Source of the DNA: an uncultured Pseudomonadota bacterium
GTDB taxonomy: Bacteria; Oederibacteriota; Muellerivitia; Muellerivitales; Muellerivitaceae
NCBI GenBank assembly: GCA_963770835.1
Contig: CAVYRH010000003.1
Location: 96,001-160,000, forward strand
Direction: 5' to 3'
DNA: 64,000 bases
In this document: positions 29,783 to 40,431 of the stretch, piece by piece
Layout: every line of letters starts with the position of its first letter
Numbering within the stretch: the first letter of the stretch is position 1
The notes under the pieces: generated by a model
Seen by the model: the letters and a program-made list of their open reading frames with translations, nothing else
What the model was told of the DNA's origin: nothing
Database searches by the model: none
Program-made: the position numbers and the translations under genes

Positions 29783-30520
29783 ATGAGATTCGCCGTTATT
29801 CTTCCCGTTTACAACGAAGCCGCCACCCTGGAAAGGGTTGTGCGCAAGCTTTCCCAGTTTAAGGAAGCCGATGTGGTCATCGTGGATGACGGGTCCACCG
29901 ACGCCACCCCCTCCATCCTGGAACGCCTGACGGTCGCGGCCATCATCCGCCACCCGGAAAACGCGGGGTACGGCAAATCCCTCATGGACGGTTTTGATTT
30001 CGCCAAGGCCCATGATTACCGCCACTGCGTCACCATGGACGCGGATGAACAGCACGAGCCGGGCTTTATTCCCTGTCTCCTCGAGAAACTAGCGGATTTC
30101 GACATTGTTTCGGGGAGCCGTTATTTAAACCCGATTCTTTCCCCCGACGCGCCCCCGCCCGAACGCCTGGAAGTGAACCATATCATCACCGAAAAACTCC
30201 GCCCCCTTACCGGGTACGACCTCACCGACAGCTTTTGCGGCTTCAAGGGCTACCGTGTGGAGGCTTTAAGGAAACTTCAACTGACGGAAACCAACTACGG
30301 TTTTCCCATCCAGGTCTGGCTGCAGGCGGCCAAGGCGGGGTTGACCGTGACTGAATGCGCCGTCCCCCTGATTTACAAGGACCACAGCCGGAACTTCAAC
30401 AACCAGTTCGCGAACCGGGATGAGCGTTTGAGCCATTATTTAGAGGTGATGGAAAGGGAAGCCTTGAAACTCGGCCTTCCCTCCAACGCCATCGGCTCCC
30501 CAAAAATAATAAAGAAATAG
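29783..30520 (+). CDS. Glycosyltransferase family 2
   Basis: VILPVYNE, VDDGSTD, TMDADEQH, TDSFCGFKGYR. Confidence 0.9.
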   Translation: MRFAVILPVYNEAATLERVVRKLSQFKEADVVIVDDGSTDATPSILERLTVAAIIRHPENAGYGKSLMDGFDFAKAHDYRHCVTMDADEQHEPGFIPCLLEKLADFDIVSGSRYLNPILSPDAPPPERLEVNHIITEKLRPLTGYDLTDSFCGFKGYRVEALRKLQLTETNYGFPIQVWLQAAKAGLTVTECAVPLIYKDHSRNFNNQFANRDERLSHYLEVMEREALKLGLPSNAIGSPKIIKK

Positions 30521-30659
30521 CCTGGTTGCCGGCTCCCACCGGCGGTGGAACCCTAAAATCATTTACTTTGAAACCGGAAATAACGGGTAAAATGGATTGT
30601 CTTAACATCGCCTGAAGCTGACGATTGTCATCCGATGACTTCTTTTAAAGGCTTGGCCC

Positions 30660-32294
30660 ATGACCGCGCCGACCGATATGACTCCAAAACATCACGGCGA
30701 ATTTTATTTCGACCCGCCCCTTCCCCAGTGGAAGGAAGAAGCCCTCCACAACCGGGAAAGGCTGGTCAAGGAGACCTTTTGGGGACAGTCGGCCCTCAAG
30801 GTCCGGGCCGAGTTGAAGCTTCCCACCCAATATCCCCTGATTCTCTCCGGGCACCAGCCGGTTTTCTTCCATCCCGGCCTTTGGGCCAAATGCCTGGCCG
30901 CCAGTACTTTGGCGGAGTCGGTCCAAGGCGTGGCCTGCCATAAGGTGACGGATACGGGATTGGTGCCGGAGCATCTCCATTACATGCCCGAGGTGGAGGA
31001 AAACGGCCACGCCCGCAAGAAAATCCTGGAGTTTTATACCAGCAAGGACCTGAAACAACAGGAAAGGACCACTCCCTATTGCTTCCTTCCCGCGCCCGAC
31101 CATTCGGCCCTTGAGCAGATTCTCAAGGACGCCGAGGTTTACGCCCCGGCCATGGTTAAAACCAACATCAAGGCCTATGCGGACAAGCTGCTGAAGGAGC
31201 TCAAAAAGGAAGCCACTTGGAACGACTTCCACCTTTCCATGGTCAAGATCTTGGACGAATTATGCGGCACGCGCCGCTATTACCTGGAGGGCCACAAAAT
31301 CTGGGGGACTCAGCCCTTTTACCACTTTGTCAGCCAATGGCTGCTGAACCTGCCAGAACTGAACGACGATTACAACCAATCCTTGAACGAATACCGCAAG
31401 AAATACGGCATCACCCATGACTTGTCCCCCATGCCGAACCTGAAGTTCGAGGATTGGTGGTTTGAGATCCCCTTCTGGGGGGTGTCCCGGAACCAACGGC
31501 AGTCCCTCTGGGCTAAAAACGACGGCAAACACATCATCTTGAAGATCAAGGGCGGGGGGGAAGGCACTTATTCCCTCGCGGTCGGCGATTTGGAGCAGGA
31601 ACTCAGCGTCCTCAACCTTTCCGTTTGGCCCAAGGCCATTCCCCAGACCCTTTTCTGCCGCATGTACCTCTGTGATTTCTTTGTCCACGGCACCGGCGGG
31701 GCTGTTTACGAGGAAGTGGGCGATATGTTGTTCACCAAATATTTCAAGCTCAAACCCCTTTCCTACGGCGTGGCTACCGCCACTTACCTGGTGGACCCCG
31801 AGGGCAGCCGGGGCCTGGAGGCGGTCGCGAGCCATGAGGAAAAGATCCTCTGGTGGGAAAGGGCCTTAGCCAAGAATCCCGAATACCTTTTCACCAAAAA
31901 AGAGGCGTGGGTCAAGGAACTGCCGTCCTTCATGCACCCCGCCTTCAAGAAATGCCTGAACAATGCCTACCTTCGTGTTTTGGCGGAGTCCAAGGGGAAA
32001 TGGTTGGCCGCCCTCCAGAACCCCACTTATAAAGTCGAGGCTTCCAACAAAATTAAAGAGATTAATTCCGTCCTTTATGAAGGCCTAAAGGAGGCGATCC
32101 AAGCTTTGGAGAATGCTCTTTTGGATATCGAGAAGGTCCGGCAACCGCGGGAAGTCCTGTCTTTCCGGGAATATCCTTTCTTCTGTTATCCGCCTGAAAT
32201 GTTCACCGAAATGAAGGAAAAAATCCGTGAAACGGCCCACCAAGACGCACCAGCCGAAAACATAACCGCCGAGGCGATAAAACCCGTTTCGTAA
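30660..32294 (+). CDS. Conserved hypothetical protein, possibly BshC-like ligase fold
   Basis: ILSGHQP..FHPGLWAK near the N-terminus and FVHGTGGAVYE; assignment from memory, unverified. Confidence 0.5.
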   Translation: MTAPTDMTPKHHGEFYFDPPLPQWKEEALHNRERLVKETFWGQSALKVRAELKLPTQYPLILSGHQPVFFHPGLWAKCLAASTLAESVQGVACHKVTDTGLVPEHLHYMPEVEENGHARKKILEFYTSKDLKQQERTTPYCFLPAPDHSALEQILKDAEVYAPAMVKTNIKAYADKLLKELKKEATWNDFHLSMVKILDELCGTRRYYLEGHKIWGTQPFYHFVSQWLLNLPELNDDYNQSLNEYRKKYGITHDLSPMPNLKFEDWWFEIPFWGVSRNQRQSLWAKNDGKHIILKIKGGGEGTYSLAVGDLEQELSVLNLSVWPKAIPQTLFCRMYLCDFFVHGTGGAVYEEVGDMLFTKYFKLKPLSYGVATATYLVDPEGSRGLEAVASHEEKILWWERALAKNPEYLFTKKEAWVKELPSFMHPAFKKCLNNAYLRVLAESKGKWLAALQNPTYKVEASNKIKEINSVLYEGLKEAIQALENALLDIEKVRQPREVLSFREYPFFCYPPEMFTEMKEKIRETAHQDAPAENITAEAIKPVS

Positions 32295-32405
32295 GATGGA
32301 TTGTTCTTTTTAGGATGATCCGCGGGATTAACGCTGTTGTGCCGTCTTTTTTTTGCCCAAAAAAATCAAAATGCGGCACAATCCTTCGATGAAATCGAGG
32401 ACCGA

Positions 32406-32855
32406 ATGGAAAAACCTGTTTTGGAAATAGAAGTGCTGCCGGGGAGTGAGGATTTGGGACTGCCTGCTTATGCCACCGAGGGCTCGGCGGGGCTGGATTT
32501 GAAGGCCGCCTTGCCCGAACCCCTCACCTTGAAGCCAGGGGAGCGGGGCGTCGTGCCGACGGGCCTCAAAATGGCCATCCCCCGGGGTTTTGAGGGCTGC
32601 GTGAGGCCCCGAAGCGGCCTGGCCATGAAACAGGGGCTGACCCTGACCAATTCACCGGGCACCATCGATTCCGACTACCGTGGGGAAGTGAAGGTGCTGG
32701 TCATCAATTTAGGCCAAGCGCCTGTGACCCTCCAAAGGGGGGACCGCATCGCGCAGCTTCTTATTTCCCCCGTGGCCCACGCCCAAGTCGTCAAAGTGGA
32801 ACGGGTGGACGACACCCACCGGGGCGAGGGCGGGTTCGGACACACTGGCCGATAA
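32406..32855 (+). CDS. dut: dUTP diphosphatase
   Basis: SAGLDL, RPRSG, GTIDSDYRGE, RGEGGFGHTG. Confidence 0.96.
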   Translation: MEKPVLEIEVLPGSEDLGLPAYATEGSAGLDLKAALPEPLTLKPGERGVVPTGLKMAIPRGFEGCVRPRSGLAMKQGLTLTNSPGTIDSDYRGEVKVLVINLGQAPVTLQRGDRIAQLLISPVAHAQVVKVERVDDTHRGEGGFGHTGR

Positions 32856-33111
32856 CGCGGAGTTTTGAGTTTCGGAATAGTTTTCCTTCTCGCCTTAATG
32901 TGTATAAGGCAAGAAGGAAAACTTCATTAACTCAGAACTCACACAGTTTTTCAAAACTAATGGGGCCTTCGGCCCCGCAATGAAAACTGTATCACCCTCG
33001 TTACCTTCATCGGCCTTCGGCCGATATGGATAAGGAAAACGAGGGCAACACTTCGAACTCAAAACCGAAGCCGGGCTGAAGATATTTATCCTCAACAAAG
33101 GAATTCATTTA

Positions 33112-34167
33112 ATGCCCCTGGATCATATCCGCCCCGTCGGCTTCAATTTAGGCGGCTGGCTTTCCCAGTCGCCCCTGAGCGACGAACATATCCAAAGCTT
33201 CATCACCCAAGCGGATTTCAAGACCATCGCGGGTTGGGGTTTTAATTCCATCCGCCTCCCCGTGGACGGGCAATGGCTTTTTGAAAAAGAAGGGAAGGGG
33301 CCGCTTTCCAAAAAACGGCTGGCTTTTTTAAAGAAGGCATTGGGTTGGGCGGCGGAAGCCGGGCTTCTCACGATCCTGGATTTGCACCAAACCCCCTGGC
33401 ATTCCTTCGCCAAGCCCGAACTTGAAAATTTGTGGAAAAGCGAGGAAGATCTAAACGCTTTTTGCGGCGCTTGGGCGGAACTGGCCCATGCCCTCAAGCG
33501 GACGAAAGCGCCCCTTTGGTTCGACGTCTTAAACGAACCCACGGCCCGGAATCCGGAGGATTGGAACCACGCCGCATCCATGATTTTCCGGGTTTTGAGG
33601 ATGGAGGATCCCAAAAGGGTCCTGGTGATTGAATCGACCTTTTGGGGCTCGGTTTTCCGCCTGAGGGATTTAGCCGAGGCCGTCCAAGGGCCGAACCTGG
33701 TTTACAGCTTCCATTTTTACCTGCCGATGCTGCTGACCCACCAAAAGGCGCCTTGGTGGCAGGATGGAAAACCCTATTCGGAGGAAGTGCTGTATCCTGG
33801 GCCCCTCCCCAAGGCCCGGGAATACCTGGCCCAAGAGCTTCCGCCCAATGCGCGGGCAATCCTCCAATTTGAGGGAAGCAAAAACTGGAACCTGGAAGCG
33901 CTTCGGGACGTGTTGAAGCCGGTGGCGGAGCTGGCCAAAAACGGGAACCGGCTTTATTGCGGCGAGTTCGGGGTTTACGAAAAGGCCCCCCGCGCCGCCC
34001 GGTTGAATTGGACCCGGGACGTGGTGAGCCTCTTGGCCGAGATGAAGATGGGTTGGTCCTATTGGAATTATAAGTGGCTTGATTTCGGGGTTTGGCCCAA
34101 GTCGGGTGGGAATGAAACGGGCCCCTTGGACCAGGAAATGTTGGATATCCTAAAAACGGGAATTTAA
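33112..34167 (+). CDS. Glycoside hydrolase family 5
   Basis: GFNLGGWLSQ, IRLPVD, LNEP, SFHFY, CGEFG. Confidence 0.88.
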   Translation: MPLDHIRPVGFNLGGWLSQSPLSDEHIQSFITQADFKTIAGWGFNSIRLPVDGQWLFEKEGKGPLSKKRLAFLKKALGWAAEAGLLTILDLHQTPWHSFAKPELENLWKSEEDLNAFCGAWAELAHALKRTKAPLWFDVLNEPTARNPEDWNHAASMIFRVLRMEDPKRVLVIESTFWGSVFRLRDLAEAVQGPNLVYSFHFYLPMLLTHQKAPWWQDGKPYSEEVLYPGPLPKAREYLAQELPPNARAILQFEGSKNWNLEALRDVLKPVAELAKNGNRLYCGEFGVYEKAPRAARLNWTRDVVSLLAEMKMGWSYWNYKWLDFGVWPKSGGNETGPLDQEMLDILKTGI

Positions 34168-34170
34168 AAA

Positions 34171-36648
34171 ATGTTAACGACTCAGACAAAACCACAGCTA
34201 CCGCCAAGACGCCAAGACGCCAAGAAAAACTTGATTTTAAAACATGAAGCGAAACCGGCTGCTTTCCTTGCCCAAGGGTTTTGGCGTTTTGTTTTCCAAA
34301 GTGTAAAGCCGTACTTGGCGTCTTGGCGTCTTGGCGGTGGAAGTTTTTTTGCCTTGTTGTTGACGTTGTTCTTGGCCGGCTGCGGCGGCCGGATGGCCAT
34401 TAAACCCGGGGGAGGGCCCCAAGCCGCCGTGACTCCGGTAACCGCTGCCAAGCCCAAGGGTGGCCTCCAAGCGCCAGCCCTGGTGGATGTAAAAACTTCG
34501 GTGAGCGATACGGATTACCAGCAGGCTGTTTCCATCATTGGCGAGTCCGAGCCTAACCGCCGCAACGTCGAATCCTATCTTGTTATCGGCCAATACCAGT
34601 ACAACCACACCGACCTGGACTCGGCCCTCAAAACCTACCAAAAGATCCTTTTGATCGGCAGCGCTTCCGCCCAGCCGGACAAGGCGCAGTACATGGTGGG
34701 GCAGGTTTATTACGACAAGCAGGATTACCTTCCCGCCCTGGCGGCTTTCCAAAACATTTTGACCCGGTATCCCAATTCCAGTTACGCGGGCCAAAGCCGG
34801 CAAATGATGGACTTCATCCTGGACTATTCCCTCAACCTGGACGACCTCAAGCGCTACGTGGCGAATTATCCCGACTCCCCCCTGTTTTGCTCAGCCCTGT
34901 TCCAACTGGCCAGCCATGAGGCCCAGGGCGGCTATCAAAGCGACGCCATCGAGCATTTGAACCAGTTCCTCCAGCAATGCCCCCAGCATCCCTCGGTGGC
35001 GGCGGCCCAATTGCTGCTACAGGCCCAGCAAACCCAGGCCCAGGGCAAGACCTGGAAAATCGGCGTTTTGGTGCCCCGCACCGGGGCGTTCAAGACCTTC
35101 GGGGAATCGGTCCTCAACGGCATCACCCTGGCCGTGGAGCAGGCCAACCAGGGCGGGGGAAGCAAGAGGCACATGACCATCGTCGTCAAGGATACGGGGA
35201 GCGAGGGGATGAGGGCGGTCACCGAACTCCAGGACATGATCAAGGACGACAGCCTGGACGCGGTCATCGGGCCCGTAGCCCCCCCGGATATTCCGGCCGT
35301 GGCGGCATTGGCCAATGAGCACCATATCACCATGATCTGCCCCGCCTCCAGCCGCGACGGATTGTCCACCTTCGGCCCTTATATTTTCAGCAACAGCATG
35401 ACCAATGAAATGCAGGGCCGCGCCATCGCGCGTTACGCCGTCGATCACCTGGGGTTTAAAAAATTCGCCATCCTGTCGCCCGACGACTCCTACGGGCAAA
35501 CGCTCGCCGACGCCTTCGAGAAATCCGTGGATGCCACGGGCAACACGGTGACGGCCTGGGAAACCTATCCCAAGGGCTCGACCGACTACAAGCAACAGCT
35601 CCTGGATTTGGGCGGGCAGGACCCGGAGTCGTTCAAGGACAATACCCGGGAAAACACCCGCCGCCTGGAGGAGATGAAGTACAACATTACGAAGGAGATC
35701 GGGAAGATCTTCCTGAAGGTGAAGGACCTTTCGGACAATTCGGGCGTGGAGGCCGCCGCCACGCCGGGGGCCGCTTACGCGCCCATGGTGGAGGGCCTTT
35801 CCAATACCGCCTGCCCCTCGGTGGTCCAGGATATCGACGCCGCCGTCAGGGATGCCTTGAAAAACCAGACCGGTGTTGCCGTGCGAAGCGATGACTTGGT
35901 AAAACAGTCCATGAGCCGCCTGCCGGTGGAATTGAAGGGAAGCACCCTCACCGCCACGGCCGAGCAATGGAACGAGGTGGCGCAGGACCTTCAGGCTTCC
36001 ATCCTCATTACCGGCCATATCGTCGAGCCCACGCCGGAGAACGACTGGACCAACCATCCCACCTGGGATTACAACGTCCATTTCGAAGCTTTCTGGGTGG
36101 ACCCGAAGGCCGGCAGCTTGGTGAAAATCTACCAGAGCAAACTGCCTTACAGCCTTTTCAAACCTTCGGCGCTGATCCGGGGCAACGCCACCTACCAGGC
36201 CCTTTACCTTCCGGCCCACGCGGCGGAAATTCCCCTTTTGACCTCCCAAATCCACTTTTACGACTTGAATCCGGTCTTCCTGGGGGGGCATCTTTGGGAC
36301 AACCCGACGGTCCTGCAGGAGACAGCGAAGGACATGGAAGGCTCCTATTTCGTGACGGGTTTTTACATGAATAGCCAGCAGGCCACGGCCAAGAAGTTCT
36401 CGGACGATTTCCTGAACAAGTTCTCCAAACAGCCGGATTTGCTGGCCGCCCAGTCCTTTGACGCGGCCCGCCTGCTTTTGCAGGCCGCCGACCTTTCCTC
36501 CAACCGGGAGGATATCCGCAGCAACCTCATGGCCATCCGGGATTTCGACGGGGTCAGCGGCAAGACCACCTTCGGCGGCCACGGCGAGGCGGATAAGCTG
36601 GTGCCGGTCATCCAGATCAAGGATGGGAAGTACAACCAGGTTCAATAG
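34171..36648 (+). CDS. TPR plus periplasmic-binding-protein-domain lipoprotein (LpoA/LppC-like)
   Basis: Lipobox LAGC, TPR region, KIGVLVPRTG, FDGVSGKTTF; start uncertain. Confidence 0.75.
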   Translation: MLTTQTKPQLPPRRQDAKKNLILKHEAKPAAFLAQGFWRFVFQSVKPYLASWRLGGGSFFALLLTLFLAGCGGRMAIKPGGGPQAAVTPVTAAKPKGGLQAPALVDVKTSVSDTDYQQAVSIIGESEPNRRNVESYLVIGQYQYNHTDLDSALKTYQKILLIGSASAQPDKAQYMVGQVYYDKQDYLPALAAFQNILTRYPNSSYAGQSRQMMDFILDYSLNLDDLKRYVANYPDSPLFCSALFQLASHEAQGGYQSDAIEHLNQFLQQCPQHPSVAAAQLLLQAQQTQAQGKTWKIGVLVPRTGAFKTFGESVLNGITLAVEQANQGGGSKRHMTIVVKDTGSEGMRAVTELQDMIKDDSLDAVIGPVAPPDIPAVAALANEHHITMICPASSRDGLSTFGPYIFSNSMTNEMQGRAIARYAVDHLGFKKFAILSPDDSYGQTLADAFEKSVDATGNTVTAWETYPKGSTDYKQQLLDLGGQDPESFKDNTRENTRRLEEMKYNITKEIGKIFLKVKDLSDNSGVEAAATPGAAYAPMVEGLSNTACPSVVQDIDAAVRDALKNQTGVAVRSDDLVKQSMSRLPVELKGSTLTATAEQWNEVAQDLQASILITGHIVEPTPENDWTNHPTWDYNVHFEAFWVDPKAGSLVKIYQSKLPYSLFKPSALIRGNATYQALYLPAHAAEIPLLTSQIHFYDLNPVFLGGHLWDNPTVLQETAKDMEGSYFVTGFYMNSQQATAKKFSDDFLNKFSKQPDLLAAQSFDAARLLLQAADLSSNREDIRSNLMAIRDFDGVSGKTTFGGHGEADKLVPVIQIKDGKYNQVQ
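34200..34338. repeat. Perfect 25-bp inverted repeat element built of (CGCCAAGA)n; related copy at 51330-51441
   Basis: ACCGCCAAGACGCCAAGACGCCAAG at 34200-34224 and its reverse complement at 34314-34338. Confidence 0.85.
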
Positions 36649-36650
36649 GA

Positions 36651-36757
36651 AGTTTTGAGTGTTGAGTTTTTAGTTTTGAGTTAAGGTAAATTGTTTTAAT
36701 GTTTGATTAAAACAATCTGTCAATAACTCAGAACTCATAACTTAGAACTCGAAACTG
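36651..36757. repeat. Empty inverted heptamer-array element (related: 32862-33067, 51894-52078; one-sided at 18691-18723 and 22864-22890)
   Basis: (AGTTTTG)n left and (AGAACTC)n right, as around the four-helix-bundle gene. Confidence 0.7.
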
Positions 36758-36772
36758 AATTGGAGCTTTCAC

Positions 36773-38257
36773 TTGAGCGACAATACAAAGTTCGGCCCAC
36801 CCAAAGGCATGCGCGACTGGCTTCCCCAGGAAACCCTCCTCCGCCAAAAGCTCATCCGCCTCATTGAACACCACTACCAGCTTTATGGATTCCAGCCCAT
36901 TGATACCCCTGTGATGGAAAACATCGAAGTGTTGCAGGGAAAGGGCGGGGGAGACAATGAGAAGTTGATGTTTAGAATTATGAAAAGGGGGGATGAACTT
37001 TTTAAATATTTTGGCGGAATGGCAATAGACATTATTCAAAGGTTTACTGAGCAAGTACAAAATAAGAAAATTATTTTCGAAGAAATTGAAAATCCTGTCA
37101 CACCCAAGTGGTTTTCGGAAAATATGAATGATGAGGAAATAAAGGAAGTACTGAACGAAATACCAGATATGGGCCTCCGATTCGATCTCACTGTCCCCTT
37201 GGCCCGCTACTATTCCAACCACTCGAATGACCTTCCCAAACCTTTTCGTTGTTACCACATCGGCCCCGTCTGGCGGGCTGACCGGCCCCAGAAGGGCCGT
37301 TTCCGCGAGTTCTACCAATGCGACATCGATATTATCGGCGGGAATTCCGACGCCTACGAGGTTGAACTACTCCTAGCCACTGACCGGGTTCTGAAGGAAC
37401 TCAACGTCGGAAAGTTCAAAATCCGCATTAGCGACAAGCGGCTCTTGCCGGACCTCTTAATTGGAATGGGAGTTGAGACCTCCAAGGTCGCTGGCGTGGC
37501 CGGGGCCCTTGATAAATTGGATAAACAACCCAAAGAAGAAGTTTGGAAAGAGATCGAAGCTTTAGGCCACTCCTTAGAAGTCTTGAATAAGGTGGATGGC
37601 TTCCTCAAAAACGCGCTGAACAAGGAAGTGGACCCGGTTCATTTCAAGATCGGCCAGACCGAGAAACTTTGGCTGAACATTGAATCCATCCGCCAAAGGG
37701 TGCACGCCGTGAACCCCGAAGCCAACGTGGTGTTCGATCCTCTCTTAGTGCGGGGCTTTGATTACTACACCGGCCCGGTTTTCGAGATCAACGTGGAAAG
37801 CAAGGACTTCACTTTTTCCATCGGAGGTGGCGGTCGATATGACGGCCTCATTGAAAAGCTGGGCGGGCCGAAGGGAACCCCAGCGGTTGGGATTTCATTG
37901 GGGTTTGAGCGGATTCTTCTTGTCCTGGCGGAAAAGCAGAAATCGGAAACCCAATCCCACCCTCCCAGGGTGTTCATTGCCAATAACGACAAACCCGAGA
38001 AAGAAATTCTGGAACTGGCCGAACAATTGCGGTCCGAGGGAATCCAAGTGGAAGCATCCTTGGAAAGCAATAAGAAGCTGGGTCAACAGCTTGAAGCGGC
38101 CCAAAAGAACGGTATCGAATACGCCATCATCGACTTTCAATCCGCAGGAATTAAATCCTACAAAGTCCGTAAGCTTTCCACTCGTGAGGACAGGGAAATG
38201 CCCCTGGCCGAGCTTTACGACATCATGAAGCGCTTATCGGAGGAAATAGAGGACTAA
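36773..38257 (+). CDS. hisS: Histidine--tRNA ligase
   Basis: PKGMRD, LRFDLTVPLARY, WRADRPQKGRFREFYQCD, RGFDYYTG, GGGRYD. Confidence 0.96.
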   Translation: MSDNTKFGPPKGMRDWLPQETLLRQKLIRLIEHHYQLYGFQPIDTPVMENIEVLQGKGGGDNEKLMFRIMKRGDELFKYFGGMAIDIIQRFTEQVQNKKIIFEEIENPVTPKWFSENMNDEEIKEVLNEIPDMGLRFDLTVPLARYYSNHSNDLPKPFRCYHIGPVWRADRPQKGRFREFYQCDIDIIGGNSDAYEVELLLATDRVLKELNVGKFKIRISDKRLLPDLLIGMGVETSKVAGVAGALDKLDKQPKEEVWKEIEALGHSLEVLNKVDGFLKNALNKEVDPVHFKIGQTEKLWLNIESIRQRVHAVNPEANVVFDPLLVRGFDYYTGPVFEINVESKDFTFSIGGGGRYDGLIEKLGGPKGTPAVGISLGFERILLVLAEKQKSETQSHPPRVFIANNDKPEKEILELAEQLRSEGIQVEASLESNKKLGQQLEAAQKNGIEYAIIDFQSAGIKSYKVRKLSTREDREMPLAELYDIMKRLSEEIED

Positions 38258-38261
38258 TTCT

Positions 38262-38420
38262 GGTAGTGCATCAGCTTTGATTCGCAACAAGCCTTCGACA
38301 TCCCTCACCCTTCCCTCTCCCGCAAGGGGCGAGGGTTTTCGTGAGGTTTCCCCTCTCCCTCGACGGGAGAGGGCGGGGTGAGGGTGAAACGGGTTAATGC
38401 TTTCAAACTGAGACACTACC
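38262..38420. mobile_element. 159-bp MITE copy C, 8-bp duplication CTAATTCT (includes the hisS stop codon)
   Basis: GGTAGTGCATCAG ... TCAAACTGAGACACTACC. Confidence 0.85.
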
Positions 38421-39139
38421 CTAATTCTGGTTATTTGGAGGTTACATATGCCAGTCACTATCGAAGAAGTTTTGGCGCTCCTGCTGGAAAAGTTCCCCGG
38501 CGTCCAGGAAATCCCCCTCAAGAATATCCGTTTCGACCCGGAAAACCCCGGCACCCCCATTACGGACGAACAAATCCAGGATCTGGTCGATGACATGGCC
38601 AAAAGGGGTTTGCAGAATCCCATCCAGGTGTGTCTGTATAAGCCCGACCCCCTGGCCCGAGGCGCACAAGCCGAAGGCCAAGCTTTGGGTGTGCCGGGGC
38701 AAGGGGCGGAGCCCCAAAATGGCCCCGGCCCCCTGGCGCCCGGGGTGGCCCTGCATCAGGACAACCCCCGGATTAAGGCGGATGGCACCCCCTGGATGCT
38801 GGAGGATTTCAATTGGATGACCCTGACCGGGGAGGGGCGGTCCCGGGCCGCCTTAAGGCTCAAGTGGGAGACCATAAAGGGCTTTGTCGGGAAGCCGACG
38901 CAGGAAGAGGCCGTCAAGATCACCTATTGGGACAATAAAATCAGGTATAGGGGGGACTGGTGGCCGGACTACCACACCATTGAGAGGCTGATAAAGGCCA
39001 ACCCAAACATGACCCAAAGGCAGATTGCCGACGAAATGAAGATGGATAAGGAAAGAGTTAATTGGGCCATCCGGCTTCTGCCACTTCTGAACCCGGAAGC
39101 CAGGGCATTGATTGTACGGATTCCGTACAATTCAAATAA

Positions 39140-40431
39140 GGGCACCTCTAAAAATTCTGTTTGAAGGCTTTACGGTCACCTCAAACCAGTTTGCAACCCT
39201 CAACCAAAGGAGTTCGTGGAAATTTTTGGCCCGGAATCTCCCTTCGGCTACTCCCAGAACCTTTCCTTAGCCCCCAAAGTCTTTAAAATCTATGCGTTCA
39301 CTGCCTCCGGACGCATTCGTCCCATTAAGTACGTAAATCGCTGCATGTTGTAAGCCAGGTTCCGCATTCCTATCTTCATCCGGGCCCTCACCTTGCCCAC
39401 CACCCTCAACCAGTTTCCACCCATCGCCGTTTCCATGTGCCCGAACACATGCTCGACTCTCGCCCGAACCTTGGACCGCATCTTGTTCAACTTTTCCTGG
39501 AACTCCGTCATGGGATGATTCCGATTCGACTTGTAATGAATCTGGTTGTTATATCGCCTGCGCTTCAAGGTCTTGTTCTTCTTCTGTGACCGGTATGCGC
39601 TGTCTGCCCACACCTTCTTGCGGTTCTCCACGTCCAACAACTCCTCGAAAACCTCCCGGTCGGGTACCGAAGCCGCCGTCACCTCAAACTTCCGGACCAG
39701 CTTGTGTTTCTTATCCACGTTGATATGGTTCTTGTACCCGTAGTGATTCACGCCGTTTTTTTGCACCCATCTCGCATCCACGTCTTTTTGCCTCATCTTA
39801 TCGGTATCCCCCTTCCACTCCTGAGGTGTTTCCCCCTTCTTGATCTGGCCGTTTTCGTCTTTGGTGTTCCTCTGCCGGGGCACTTCCACTATCGAAGCAT
39901 CGATGATCTGCCCTTCCTGGGCCTTCAGCCCGACCCGATCCAGGTGCCGGTTGAATTTCCCGAACAACTGGTCAATCCAGCCGCCTTGGGCCAGCTTGTT
40001 GCGGTATAACCAGATGGTCTTGGCATCCGGCACATCCTTATCCATACCCAGCCCCAAAAACCTCATGAAACTCAGCCGGTCCTGGATATGGAATTGTGTC
40101 CTTTCGTCCGCCAGGTTGTATAGGGCCTGTAAAACTAGCACCTTGAACATTAGTACTTCATCGTACGGGGTACGCCCCGCCTCGCTTTTGCGTTCCTTAT
40201 CGCGTAATGCCTTGCGCAACATACTGCGGAAATCCTCCCAGGGCACTACTCGGTTCAAGGCTTCCAGCGGGTCCCCCATTTCATCCAGGGATTTCAAGCG
40301 GTCTTGAAGGTCGAAGAATCCGGTTTGGCCCATTGCGGCACCTCGTTCAAGGATTTTTCAGCGTTTTCACGCGCTGTTTTCTCCTTGTACCTCCTTCACT
40401 TCGTCTCTACAACCAATTTTTAGACGTGCCC
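39140..40431 (-). mobile_element. IS5-family insertion sequence, complete, 4-bp duplication ATAA
   Basis: TIRs GGGCACCTCTAAAAATT / AATTTTTAGACGTGCCC. Confidence 0.92.
39290..40333 (-). CDS. IS5-family DDE transposase
   Basis: IIDASIV, DARW, YGYKNH, WADSAY, VRARVEHVFG. Confidence 0.95.
   Translation of the reverse strand: MGQTGFFDLQDRLKSLDEMGDPLEALNRVVPWEDFRSMLRKALRDKERKSEAGRTPYDEVLMFKVLVLQALYNLADERTQFHIQDRLSFMRFLGLGMDKDVPDAKTIWLYRNKLAQGGWIDQLFGKFNRHLDRVGLKAQEGQIIDASIVEVPRQRNTKDENGQIKKGETPQEWKGDTDKMRQKDVDARWVQKNGVNHYGYKNHINVDKKHKLVRKFEVTAASVPDREVFEELLDVENRKKVWADSAYRSQKKNKTLKRRRYNNQIHYKSNRNHPMTEFQEKLNKMRSKVRARVEHVFGHMETAMGGNWLRVVGKVRARMKIGMRNLAYNMQRFTYLMGRMRPEAVNA

Noticed and set aside
35017..36645. 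Long antisense ORFs (also 62213-63619, 50337-51389, 9757-10674, and same-strand alternative frame 14804-15913)
   Set aside because: Shadows of well-supported genes in GC-rich DNA; no recognisable motifs.
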